Shown: positions 12,501 to 24,259, counted from the stretch's first letter. The stretch is DNA of 48,929 nucleotides from Bigelowiella natans CCMP2755 (GCA_000320545.1 ADNK01002892.1:1-48929), one strand, 5' to 3'. Notes: generated by a model from the sequence alone, not told the origin. Translations and numbers: made by a program.

Positions 12501-14445
12501 TATTCATCCAAATCTCTAACTTTGTAGTCGAAATACCTGCTTATTATGTTGTTCAACCCGATTTGGTATCTACTAGGCAATTTCACCGCGGTAGCTCCTT
12601 CGTGGCAAAAGTGAACAAAATTACAGATTTCTGACAAATCCCTTGAAACTAATTTATTCGATCTCAACATGTTTTCAATTTTATCAAACTTCCGGTCTAG
12701 ATTAAGGATCACATTTTTCAGCATCTCTTTGAACTTTTCACCATTGGTGCCCTTCAATTTAATCAACCTTTCGAAGAATTTTGAGAAAACCTCTTTTGTT
12801 GTAGGCATATCAGGTATTTGAAAGTTCTCAGCTCTTTCAATTGCAATTTCCACGGTTTTCTGCTGCTTCTCAAAATGAGTTAAGGTGTTTGTCCTAAAGA
12901 ACATGATGCTTAGTTTGGTATATTTAGATTTTTGTTCAACGTATACCTTTTCAATGTGTCGACTACCCTTATCAACGCCTCTTCGCATAGATTGGTCGCA
13001 ACCATTTTTTCATCTGCTAAATAAAATAGAGTATCCAAGAGCACATTTCCCCATTTTTCAGTGATCTCTATTAATCTCTGGTGTAAGGTTTCATAATCAT
13101 GCCCTCCGACACGAATGTCATCAGAAGAAATGCTCTTAAGGATTTTTGATGCTCTTGCAGCATTTGGCCGGAAAGAATCTTCTTCCACCGACTCTCCAAT
13201 GAGGTCCCTATTGAATATTGGTTCAACAGATTTCTCTCTTTTGGATTTAGTTTTCTCTTTCTTTTCCTTTTGTTCGGGTTCACTTGTCGGAAGAGGCACA
13301 TATGATGAGGCCAAGGCACGACGGAAAGAATCCAGCACCATTGTCTATGGAATTATATTTTGGTGTTGGAATGGGACATTGTTCAATAATGTATTCAGTC
13401 TAATACCGGAATTCTCTCGATGACATTAGTTTGGATCTCCCTAGTTTTGGTCTCGAAGCTGGGCTCATTCCCCGCTCGTAGACCGTCGCAGCTTTTGAAC
13501 TTTCGAAGACAACGCCAAACCATACCCACTACTCGAAAGTTAAAGGTCCGCATCCCAATGTTTTCGTTTAGCATGAGCTTCAAGTCTAATATTTACATCG
13601 AATTAGATGTAGTTTATCACCAAAGTAGAGGCAACAAACCTTCAAAGAATTTTAGAAGATTCTGCCAAGAATCCTTGGCCTTCGTCGTAATAGCAGGGAA
13701 GTCATCCTTGAGACATATTGCCTCATTGAAAGTCTGAACATAATTCTGCAAGCGCAAACAATAAAAGTCAACAAGGATCCAAAAATCGGATTATGACTCA
13801 CCTTGAGCTTGCGGACGTCGAATTTGGTTAGATTTCTATCTTCCAATTCGATCGATAGATGTGATATCTCTTGTTCATATTCTTCCCACCAAATTCTAAT
13901 CTGATCCTGGACGATATCTAGGCACTTAAGAAAAACTCCTCGGCTGCCTCTTACTTGGTCGAGTACATTCTTCACCTCTCTGAAGTTGCGCATTTTAAGA
14001 AATCTTGGCAACCTTTGATCAAGATTGTTCTCTATGACTTCTATCTTCGCTTTCAAATCTGCATACTCGTCAGCAAAATTGATGCGATTATCGAAAAATG
14101 ACTGAATGGACTTTCTAGCTTCTTCAAGTACTTTGAGCACATTTCGACCAAATGTTATAACTTGCACTTGCAATTCCTCATCCGATCTCTGCATACAGGT
14201 ATACTATGATCATATCATTCTGATTTCCAGGGTTAAACTGACCTTGATGTAACATCTGATATGCTTTTCGACGTTTGATCTCGTAAATGTGTTAGAATCC
14301 TTCAACCCTTTGCGCATTTCCTCCGACACATCTCTGAATCCATCCTTGATGCCTGGAAAGAGTTCTACGGCCTCTCCCCAAACTCCCAAAAAGGAATCTT
14401 GACTTTCCAACACACTTTGAAAAATGAAATATGATGTGAATGTAT

Positions 14446-14481
<36 letters not shown>

Positions 14482-17400
14482 TGCAAGAACACAATTTCAA
14501 AAACAGATTTCTTTTTATGGATTCAGGTATGGCAACGGACACGCGGTTATGTTGTTTAGTTAAAATCGCTAGCAACCTGCTTAAAATCCCGAAAACCTCG
14601 ACCATATTCCTACGAGGCTCTCTATCGATGCAAAATCATTCGATGGTTAAATATATTGAGAAAATCATTCTATCTTTAAACATTACTCGGTTGACGAATC
14701 TCCTATTTTAAGTTTAGTGTCGTCCTTCGTTTCCTCTCCCAGGCCCTTAAACCTGAAATTTAGGTTTTGAAGCATTATCGCAATATCCAGACGAAATCAG
14801 AACGGTTATTGACCCGAGTATCCTGTTTATCTGTTTCATAGCGGCATCCACATTCTTATCCCAAGTTTCAATGCTGACAAACGAACAACATCGTGAACCC
14901 ATGATGTCTATCAACCTGGAAGCGTATTTCGCCTTACATTTTAAGCATGTCTGTCCTTAGGGAGACTCCAGCATTTACGACGTCACCTAGCGATTTCGAA
15001 AGTATCGAAATTATCGTCGCCTCTGACTTTTGAGCATCTTGAGGGATCTCGACATCCGGTACTGATTCCTCAACTTTTTTGGTAAAGAGAATAGTCTTGT
15101 TTTTGTTCTGCCCTAAAATAGTCTTTAGAAAATTTATGGTCCTTATCCTTTTACCATTAACCTCCTTTATTATCCATCCAACCTGTACGCCTTTACCTTT
15201 CGCAATGCTGCCAGAAACGACCTAACGAAAATTTCTCAGTTGAAACTACTATGCACTGAGATGAGGAAGAATACCTGCGTAACGTGAACAAATTGGTCTT
15301 TCTGTGAAACCTTGAGACCAATTTGTTCTTTCCCATGCCAAGACATTAATTTTTTGCATCTAGACGGAAAGGATATTTTGACATTCCGATCTGCGAGTTA
15401 CAAAGGTAAGAGGAACTGAATTAGTTTTTTTGCACGTAGAATTTCCAACGTAGCACACACCAGAAACATCTCATTAAATATTCCATATCATATCATATCT
15501 AACCTCTCAGCACGGTCTTCTGAGCTTTCGGTTTCGACGTTGGTGGTGTCGAAACGCTGCTCAACTGCATAGAACGCATTTTCTTCACTACGCGATATGC
15601 GAACCATAATTGCCGGAATAAATTGATAGATTTATCGGCTGACATGCCGTCTTTCGACTTGCATGATGCGAGACACTGTCTTGATAGACTCTGAACCTTA
15701 TTCACGATCTTCGAGAAGCCTAGTTTCTTCAAGTCAATAAGTCTCGCCAAAGGAGTAAAAGCCTCAACTTTGTCAAATAATGATAAAAGCTGCATGTGCC
15801 TTTCTGCATATAATTCTCCAGCCACTTGGCTTGACTTTGGAGAAACTGACTCTGGAGAAACTGTATTAAGCATCACAATGACCTCGTCGCATATACTGCT
15901 GAATTTTGTCATCAGATGACGAGAGAGATGTTTCTCCATTTTTGCTACTTGTTGAGACTTTGCCTTATTTTCGAAGTCCAGGAAAGAAACTCCATCAGTG
16001 GAAGCATGTTTCCCCTCGTTTTTACTGTCAATTCCATCAGTGGAAGCATGTTTCCCCTCTTTTTTACTGTCAACTGGAAGCATCTCTTCGTTGGCTCTTG
16101 GAGGGTGAGAGCTTGATTTTACCTCCGAATTACCATCTTTCTTCCGCTCAGAATCGTTTGCCATAAGGCTGTCGACACCTGAAACCGTTTTAGGAACGTA
16201 CGTATCTAGAAAAGAGAATTGGATTAAAAGAGCTGCCCTCAAGCTGGATAAGCATTCCTTCGAGAGTTTATATTCCCCAGTTGAGGCTTGCTCCATGGCA
16301 TCTCGAAATTGTTTACGCAGAACCTTCAACAGCAGTTCTAGTACTCGGGACAAGCCGTGCAGAATTTCACCCTCGACATCAAAAGACGCAACATGAATCA
16401 TAAGATCCACAATTGGTTTCACAGTGGCATATTTACGCTCTGAAATCAAAGCATCCAGTTTCTTTAGCGCTGCTTCGGCAAAAGTCTTAAACCTTTTCAT
16501 CAGACTTGGATAAGCATCTTTGTTGGTTAGGTGGTCCTTCATACTAGAAAGCCATGCTGCCCGGATGGCTATCATTGCAGTTTCTAAGAGGAACATGTCG
16601 TTCTTCTCCAACGCAGAAAGGCAGCCCTTCGCCTTATCAAAGCCTTGGCTAATGTATCCTTCCAGTGTTACTAAGAACGACTCACATACCCGAAGATTAT
16701 CATTGAAAAATAATTCTACACCATAAATGGTATTCTTATAGTTTAGACTAGCGCTTGGAAGGTGTTCCTGGAGATGTGAAGAGGCCTTCTGTAGAATCGA
16801 TAAGTTCTGTCCAATTTCGTGACCGATATCCACAGCCTTCTCCATTTCGCCGGAGCAAAACAATTTCTCGATTAAAACGCCTGCATTTTCCGAAGTCTGC
16901 AAAACTATTTTGTTGATTTTCTCACAGGATTCACGGTAGAGCTCTTTACAGGGGAGCTTATCTAGGTGCCTCTTAAGGTATTTGCTATCTGTCATCAACT
17001 TCAACCCCCGAAGACGCTCCACAACTTGGTGAAATTCTGCGTTCAATATGCTAAAGTTATCATCATCAAAAGTGATGCCTATATCTGATTCGATTGTATT
17101 TAGATCATGTCTTAGAACAAAGGAATGTAACTCAGCCAGCAGCACAGAATAACCGTCGAAAAGTTTGGCTGCGGTGGCATTCTGTACGCCAGTCAAGACG
17201 ATGCCCAACTCCTTTATGTCTTCCTTCTTCACATAATCGATTCTTGAATTCATAATGACGCGGGCCTCACATGCCATGCTGGAAATGTGCTGATCTATTT
17301 TGACTTTCATCTCTTCGTTTCGCTGAATGAAGTTTGGATACCGGAGTGATTCAGCGAGGATAGTAAACATATCAAAGTGTTTAGCAATAGAAAAGAAGTC

Positions 17401-18528
17401 ATTAATGTTCAAGTCCTCGAGAATTTTGTTTTCCACAGCCTGAAACGCATGCTCGATCTTCTCAATTTGGTCGTTCTTAAGCGGAAGACGTATTTCCAAA
17501 TCAGCAGGGCTAATTTTTTTTAATGTGCGAAGATGGTCGAGGTATTCTTTAGGCCCCTTCTTTCCTAACGGGTTCATGATCAACAGACTGAGATTTTCTA
17601 GGTTACTGGACGGAAAGCGCTTCTCTATAAGAGCAAATAGGAATTTCGATTCTTCCGGGTAATCATGACCAAGCATTTTGTAACACTTTTTCAGACTATC
17701 CCGTGCTACTCTAGCCGTCATGTAGTTCTGGTGGGTTAAAAATGCAGTCATCCCAGGCATAGCCTTCTCGAATGGGAACAGAAAGTTACTCAAAGAGCCC
17801 ATATGCTCCAGGATTAATCTCCCCTTTCTAGCTCCAGTACCAAGATAGTTTTCTGCGAATAGGTATACAATTCTGAAGCTGAGGCACTGCTTGAGCGCGT
17901 TTCGAATCGAAACCGCGTTTGCAAAGTCTTGGATACTTCCCTTTGAATCCAAAAACCCTGGGGTGTCGCAAATGACAAATTCACCAACGCTGATTCCTTC
18001 AACATGCAGTGTTTTACTATCTCCCGTGTGGCCAGGGGCTACAACGGGGTTTTCTGCGTCTATTACAACACCCTTAGCTTCGCTCTCAGAGCTTAAACGC
18101 GGAAGAGTTGGCGGTATATGTAGCGGGAGATCTATATCACTGAGCTCATCTTCATCTGCTACTTTCCTTCTCATCTTGCAGCCAGCCAGAAAGTTTATTG
18201 TGGTGGACTTACCGACACCTGTCTCGCCAACGACGAGAACTACGTCCTTTCCCTTAATGGATTCCAAGTTTCGATTTGTACTTCGAAGGTAGTAAACGAC
18301 GGATTCCGCAAACTCCATTGGGTCAAATGAACCGTTTTGCAGATTCGGAAGCGGCTTCGTCTTCGTCTCCTCCTGCTTGTTCAGTCAACAACATGCACAG
18401 ATATCGAGGGTTACACAAGGTAGCTAATAGTGGAGGTCCATATTTTCATTTTTTTTAACTTTCGTGTTAAGAGAGTACATTCCGTGTGTATTTGGCGTCC
18501 TTTTCATCCTCCTCCTTGTCGGGCGTTG

Positions 18529-18575
<47 letters not shown>

Positions 18576-20166
18576 ATTGCGACTGTGCTTCAGAGGAATT
18601 ATATGCGCATGCGTGCGCTTTATATGTGTGAATGTGTGTGTGCGCGCGTGTGTGTGTGTGTGTGCGTGTGTGTGCTTGTGGTACATATTTTGTCGGTCGT
18701 AATCATAAATTCAGGGTATTATTCGCAACTTACAATATATGGTGTTTGTGGGGATTTAAATTCAGGAGATTTACGCCTCAACTTATTTCCATCCGGGTTC
18801 TGGAATTATAATTTATTGTGGGTTCGATAAATCGAGCATCAAGAATCAATGTCTTCTCATGCAGGACTCATGAAGTCCAATCCCAAGATAATACGGCATA
18901 CCGGAAAATCTCCCTCGTTAAGTAGATCGTCTGTCGTCGTGGAAGTCGTCGTAGAATACTCCTCCACTTGCTCCGAGAGACTTTTGAACTGACTCTGAAA
19001 GTATTGAATATGGATTTTGAATACTCTTCTAATTTAACCAGATATATAACCTACATTCTGTGAAGCCTCAAGTTTGATCCATTCATCGTCTTCTCCACTC
19101 TTTTCCATATGGGCGCATGATGTTAGTATAAAAGCGATGTGAAGCTAGTAAACTGTAGAGACCTTCTCCTGAGTCGGAGGCAGACGAATTTGGACATCTA
19201 CTGCGCCGAATTCTCCACTCTTAGCAACGTCTTCCCATTTTTCTTCAGTAATGTGTTCGCCTACGATACTGTTGCGTTAGTAGGACTTAACGGATACACC
19301 ACCATTAAAAACAATTACTTCGGTAGAATAGCTGTAGTTGCTTCAGGGAATCGTTGGCGGCATCGATCTTACTTAACTCGCGCTGGCAAAGTTCCAATAA
19401 TTGGTGAAACTTCAATCTTCGCAGTCGTTTCAGCTGCTGTTTGTATATAATCCTGACGCCAAGCCGGATTGCCTAAAGGTTTGTTGGTTAGGCTTTTTCC
19501 AAACCCTTCGTTGAACTTAATAGCTTACCATTGTTCTCTCATCCTCGAGACCAAGACAAACGACCATGGCGTTTTCAGGTTTAATATCGCCCCACTCTTC
19601 GCTCTTGATAATGTCTCCTTTTAAGTTAAGATGATAATATCTCTTTTATAAGCATGGCATTAGGGGAATGCATACAATACCTTTATAGAGAAAAGAGACC
19701 TCGCGTTCGAGGCCTTTAAGTTCGGAACCTTCGCATATCTGAGCCTTAAGGGTAGCAACATCCAGGTTCTTAAATTCCTCTAAAGCTATCTTCTGAATAA
19801 CTCTCCCATCAAAGTGGAGCTCAACGAAGCTATCCTGCTTTTCGTTCTTGCCTTTTTTGACAACGTCGACAACACCTCCATTCCTAAACTTATCCGAGTC
19901 TCGCCACTTTTCCCAGCTCTCCATATTTAAGGATACGCCTACCAAAGATACGAAATAAAATTATCTCTTTGAAACATGACGTGACTGGACCGATGCGGCA
20001 TACCTTCACGCACAAGCTGCAAATCTTCAAGGTTGATCTCAATGTTTGCCTTCTTTAACTCCTCGGATATCTCCTCGTGCAATAGCTCATTGTAGCTCAT
20101 CTGCTCAAGGAATTCAACCTCGACTACGCTGAATTCTTTTCCTTCGAAGCGAAAACTTAGAGACAT
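8606..20166 (-). CDS. Giant multidomain protein (est. 3,000-3,200 aa): 3x ubiquitin-like repeat, P-loop GTPase, helical region, SecA-like DEAD ATPase, VWA
   Basis: ATG at 20166. Phase-compatible GT-AG introns traced at most junctions (e.g. 20003-19939, 19680-19618, 19528-19473, 19318-19261, 15503-15391, ~12946-12893). They link ORFs 19646-19945, 15499-18318, 14210-14605, 13652-14194, 12910-13341 and 9368-12988, then five small exons to TGA at 8606-8608. Junctions near 18.5-18.8 kb and 13.3-14.5 kb were not fully resolved. Confidence 0.8.
9409..12892 (-). other. 3.5-kb exon encoding the SecA-like SF2 ATPase region of the giant protein
   Basis: Motifs, with the bacterial SecA equivalent in brackets: AEVETGGGKS (AEMKTGEGKT), CYSAYLSKRD (TVNDYLAxRD), SDITYST (ADITYGT), LLIDEVD (AIVDEVD), LGVTGT (xGMTGT), GAVTYFPRVFGRGLDF (GAVTIATNMAGRGTDI), GGVLVI..QIQGRTARQG (GGLxxI..QLRGRxGRQG). 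Confidence 0.9.
15504..18372 (-). other. 2.9-kb exon encoding a TRAFAC-class P-loop GTPase domain (AIG1/GIMAP/septin-like) plus helical region
   Basis: G1 VLVVGETGVGKST (~18203-18240), G2 Thr in SKT, G3 ICDTPGFLD (~17950-17975) and a G4-like AFLTHQN. These are followed by >600 aa of predicted amphipathic helices. Confidence 0.85.
15991..16073. repeat. In-frame 42-bp tandem repeat (DSKKEGKHASTDG / DSKNEGKHASTDG)
   Basis: TCCATCAGTGGAAGCATGTTTCCCCTC(G/T)TTTTTACTGTCAA at 15991 and 16033. Confidence 0.9.
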
Positions 20167-20299
20167 TGCAGAGAAGCTTAGGGGAGAGGGCGTCAGAGTC
20201 TTCGAAATACGGAAATGGAGTATAGATGAAGGGCGTAGAAGAGTTGGAACAGAAATCGTCGACACAAAATTATCGCAAAAAAGAAGTTTTTCGGTGAAA

Positions 20300-20765
20300 A
20301 TACGTTTAAAACGACCTGTATTTCCCTGATATTCGATGGTATTTGATAAGCGGTCGTCGATGTTGTCATGACAATGAAACGAAAACATTTTGCGAAAATC
20401 AGTAACAGTTGTGGTTGCCTTGGTTACGACGGCGCTGCAGCTTGTCGTAGAAAGAAAAAAAGCCTCCCTTCTTTCTCTGCCGCATCTTCGATCTCCCAAA
20501 ATGGCTTCTTGTTAAGGCTGATTCGACACTTGAAGATACGATTAAAACGACCTGTATTTCCTTGACGTCGATGTTATCATGATGATGACGAGACGTAAAA
20601 GTTTTTGCGAAAATCATCAGTAGATCTAACAGTTGCCTTGGTCATTAGTTGCGACGCCGCTGCAGCTTGTCGTAGAAAGAAAAAAAGCCTCCCTTCTTTC
20701 TCTGCCGCATCTTCGATCTCACAGAATGGCTTCTTGTTGAGGCTGGATTCGACACTGGATGCGAT
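20300..20765. repeat. Tandem duplication (~230 bp x2) immediately upstream of the giant gene
   Basis: Both copies contain AAACGACCTGTATTTCC...TTTTGCGAAAATCA...GCTGCAGCTTGTCGTAGAAAGAAAAAAAGCCTCCCTTCTTTCTCTGCCGCATCTTCGATCTC...ATTCGACACT (copy 1 ~20300-20535, copy 2 ~20536-20765). Confidence 0.92.
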
Positions 20766-22350
20766 GGTGAAGTTTTCCAGAAATCACATGCATTCCTGGA
20801 AATCACTAGAAACGCATCACAGCAGAAACTGCCGGGGATGACATCCAAGAATCCCCGAGAACAGCTCAAATTTCCGGATTGCGAGGTGGCTTTCCCACCC
20901 ATTGTTCCCAGCTAGACCTAGCCTGAAAATTGTTGAACCACGTTTTGTCCTGTTCACCGGTGGAATGGAGAGACGTGTCGCCCCAGTCACCGGTCACTCG
21001 GTTGCCAAACCAAGATCGTTTGGATCCGCATCAAAAGGTTCTACCTGGATGAAGCGCTTGCCGCTCTGATTGAGTGCCTGGCTCGAACTTGCAGGTCCGA
21101 GTCGTCCTGAGCAGTGTTCTCTCCTGAAAAGTTTTCCGCACTTCCTCTAGGCCGTGATGATTCGGTCAACAACCTGACAAATGACAACCACCGTCCGCAC
21201 AAAGTCCAAAGGAAGTGCGCAGACTGAAAACTGGACTCACCAGCCTGACCTGAGCTTGCCAGCTTGCTGGCTTGGGGAGAACCAGAGAAACCAGAGAAGC
21301 GCGCGTCAAACGAAAACCAACTTGAATGAAGTTTGAAACAGTTTCATTTGCTAAGTGATTTCGAAATTTTTCAAAATGTTCAACAATGCAGAGTGTCCAT
21401 TGATGAGAATCGTTTCCAAACAGTCTAGCAGTGCTCCCTCAGTGTCCAAAACGGTCCACCACGAACCAAGCACGGCAAGTCAACCTGTCAGCCTGCTTTC
21501 TGGTTTCGAGATGCTGCGATGTGTCAGTTGAGCTGTGCAAATTCGGCTGTTTCGCTGACAAAACCTTCAAGTTCTTTTGTCCAGTGGTGGCGGTTCAATG
21601 CATGCACCACATGCGCCTGCCATTGCCAGTCAGTGGTTTGGAGCACAGTGAGCCAGTGGGCCACACTGTGCACACTGCTAGACTGGCACGCGCTAGACAC
21701 GCACTGCACTGGACTGGCACAGCTGGACAGGCGTGTGACCAACTTTCTGGTGTTCCAGTGTTGTTGGGGTGTTGCACGAGAAATTGTCATGTCTCTTCAC
21801 TGCTCCAGTGCTCCAGTGCTGACTGATGACACTGCGCCACTCTGGCACTGCGTTGGAATTGAAAAATGACAAATTCCCATCCACCTTTCTACATGCTTGC
21901 TAACGTTGTAATCTAGCAATGCATGGTCGTGGACACAACAGGCTAGCAGGCTAGTGGGGCCTGCAAATGGATCAAGTCAGTTACCAGAGCAGGACAGCTA
22001 GCCAGCTAGCATGCACAGCATGTTCGTTGCTTCATGCTAGCATGGATGTTCTAGGTCATGTGCAAAACTGACTCATGTGACTCTGGAGCTGCTGTGTTTG
22101 GATTTGCACGTGCGTCTAAACAACATGGACAAAAGCAGATTCCATCCAAAACATTCAGATTTCAACGAAGTGATGTGCACGTGCACGCAATTCAAAAGCA
22201 AATGCATCGTATCGTTTCTTCCTGACGCTCAAATGCGCTGTGCATGTCAATGATAATGATGGTGTCACTTGCCTAGATGATGTGTTTTGATTTGAGGATT
22301 GAGTTGGATGGTGTGTACAGCAGCTGTGGTAGCAACACACAACGACAGAC
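20760..22350. other. TpA-depleted intergenic island 2 (strongest)
   Basis: Manual count over 20761-21840 finds about 9 TpA in 1,080 nt, 8 of them in CTAG/CTAA. Confidence 0.9.
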
Positions 22351-22499
22351 CTAGCTTCCTGCTACTTACACAGCATGTTCGTACACAAATATAATAAAAT
22401 AGCGGCGTAGATGAGAAAATCGACAAAATGCGGGGAAATCACTATGCATTCCTCGTACAAATGCTGAGGAAAACCGATTTCGGCTATGAGGAAGCACTG

Positions 22500-23610
22500 C
22501 TACTGTGTATCGAACATCAGCGACGGGGTACAGAATGGGGAGGAAGAGGAAGATGACGGAGAGAACTCCCATGAATTTCCGACTTGTTTATTGTCGAGAT
22601 GTTGCTGATGTTGCGGATGTTGCGGCTGCTGCTGCCGCTGTGGTGGATTATGCAACCTCCGGGCATTATGTGGGTAAGAAAATCGTCCAAACATGCGATG
22701 TTTCCTACTACGAGCAGCATAATCTGAACTGTAATAGGCCTGCATAAAATGGTTCCATTGCCAGCTTTTCGGGTCATTTGGTAGATGTGACAGCGTCCGA
22801 GGAATCATCGAAACTTTACGACGTTTTAAATTCACACGAATACACAAACACGCGCACACACAAACACAAAAAAACACACACACACACATAAATACACACA
22901 CACACACACAAACACATTTATTATGTGATATATCTCTCGCACTAGTGTATCTTGGTGTAAAATCATCGACGACACTTTGATGAGCTTACTAATTAGACTT
23001 AATCGAAATTGTTGTATTGAGTTGGCCAATAATTCCGTAATTTGCCCAAATTCGTTGTCATGACATTCATTACACATTCATCACATTGGTTGAAGTAGAG
23101 CAGTATTCCTCGGTCTCTCCAGAACGTCATTTCCCAGAATCGATGTCGCAGCTTTCCTACGATGTAACCGCCACAATTCAAATCTTAATTCCTTTTAGTA
23201 TCACATAAAATGTAAGACCTTTTACGATAAATACATGTGTGTGTGTGTGTGTGTGTGTGTAGACTGTAATGGTGACCAGTTGGGGCAGTAAGCTCAAAAT
23301 ACATCATATACGAAAACAAACACAAGGCTTCATCCCGGCGCAACCGCATATTCTAATATCTTGGAACTAATCTCAGACTCACGATGCCGTGCTTAGCAGA
23401 TGGAGAAATGAAATGCGGAAAAGGTACAGAAAGAGGAGCAGGGGAGGGGGGCCTAACCGCAAAGAGCTTCGCGTATTCGGTTCGAAGCTTGCATGAGTGA
23501 TAACGCCGATGGGAGATCCGCGAACTCCATTATGTTCATTACCGTCCCGTCAGATGCGACTTCAATGCATCAATCACAATACATATATGTAAGTAAATAC
23601 ACGCACACAC

Positions 23611-23654
<44 letters not shown>

Positions 23655-24135
23655 TAATATATACACCATATACATATATAAAATATATGGTAAATTATAC
23701 AGTTTTCGCACCGTCAATCGAGTATTGTGAGCGTCGCTTCCTCCTCCTCCTACTGCTTACGATGTTGTTGATGTGCTCGTTATTGCCGCTGCTGCTGCTA
23801 GAACTAATATTGCTAGCTTGCTTAATTCTGAGTTCGCATAGAGCGTTGGTGCCCCCTCCTCTCACCCTCTTAGCCTCTATTTTTTGGTCAGGTACGGGAG
23901 AGAAGGACGGGGCGAAGAGCTGCAGAAACATAGGAATACAACGCATTTCATCGTATGGGTCGTGATTATGTCACGTGAGCAAGGGAAGGAAAGTGTACGT
24001 AAGCATCCATATCCAGAGGTGTGAAGGCATTAGCTTTACCTCGATTTGATGGCTGCATGGAGGTGGAGGGCGCTGCTCCGCTGCTGCTGCTGGGCTGTCA
24101 TTTCCTGATTTCGCTGAAGAGGGCCTCTCCTGCTG
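22500..24135 (-). CDS. Hypothetical multi-exon protein with an F-box-like segment
   Basis: Exon-like segments at ~24135-24000, 23930-23700, 23560-23458 (SDGTVMNIMEFADLPSALSLMQASNRIREAL, F-box-like), 23160-23076 (HRFWEMTFWRD) and ~22830-22500 (Gln/Ser-rich tail, TAG at 22500). Start codon not identified. Confidence 0.45.
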
Positions 24136-24201
24136 TATAACTGATGCAAAACACACAAATATGAATTTCACTATTTACGATATAAATTATGTATTAGAGA
24201 G

Positions 24202-24259
<58 letters not shown>

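Noticed and set aside
9368-12988. Canonical bacterial or plastid secA, or bacterial contamination
   Set aside because: The ORF is bounded by spliceosomal introns, continues into a VWA domain and upstream exons, and is too divergent. It is an exon of a larger eukaryotic gene.
12910-12988. Apparent frameshift or overlap between ORFs 12910-13341 and 9368-12988
   Set aside because: Explained by a ~54-nt GT-AG intron (~12946-12893); there is no need to invoke a pseudogene or programmed frameshift.
21340-21430. Possible DNA-transposon end (TTTCGAAATTTTTCAAAATG)
   Set aside because: No matching inverted terminus, target-site duplication or transposase was found in the window.
20760-22350. CpG-methylation decay or fungal RIP as the cause of the TG/CA excess
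   Set aside because: CpG remains common (CGCG, CACG, TCG) while TpA is missing. RIP would raise TpA, and 5mC decay would deplete CpG.
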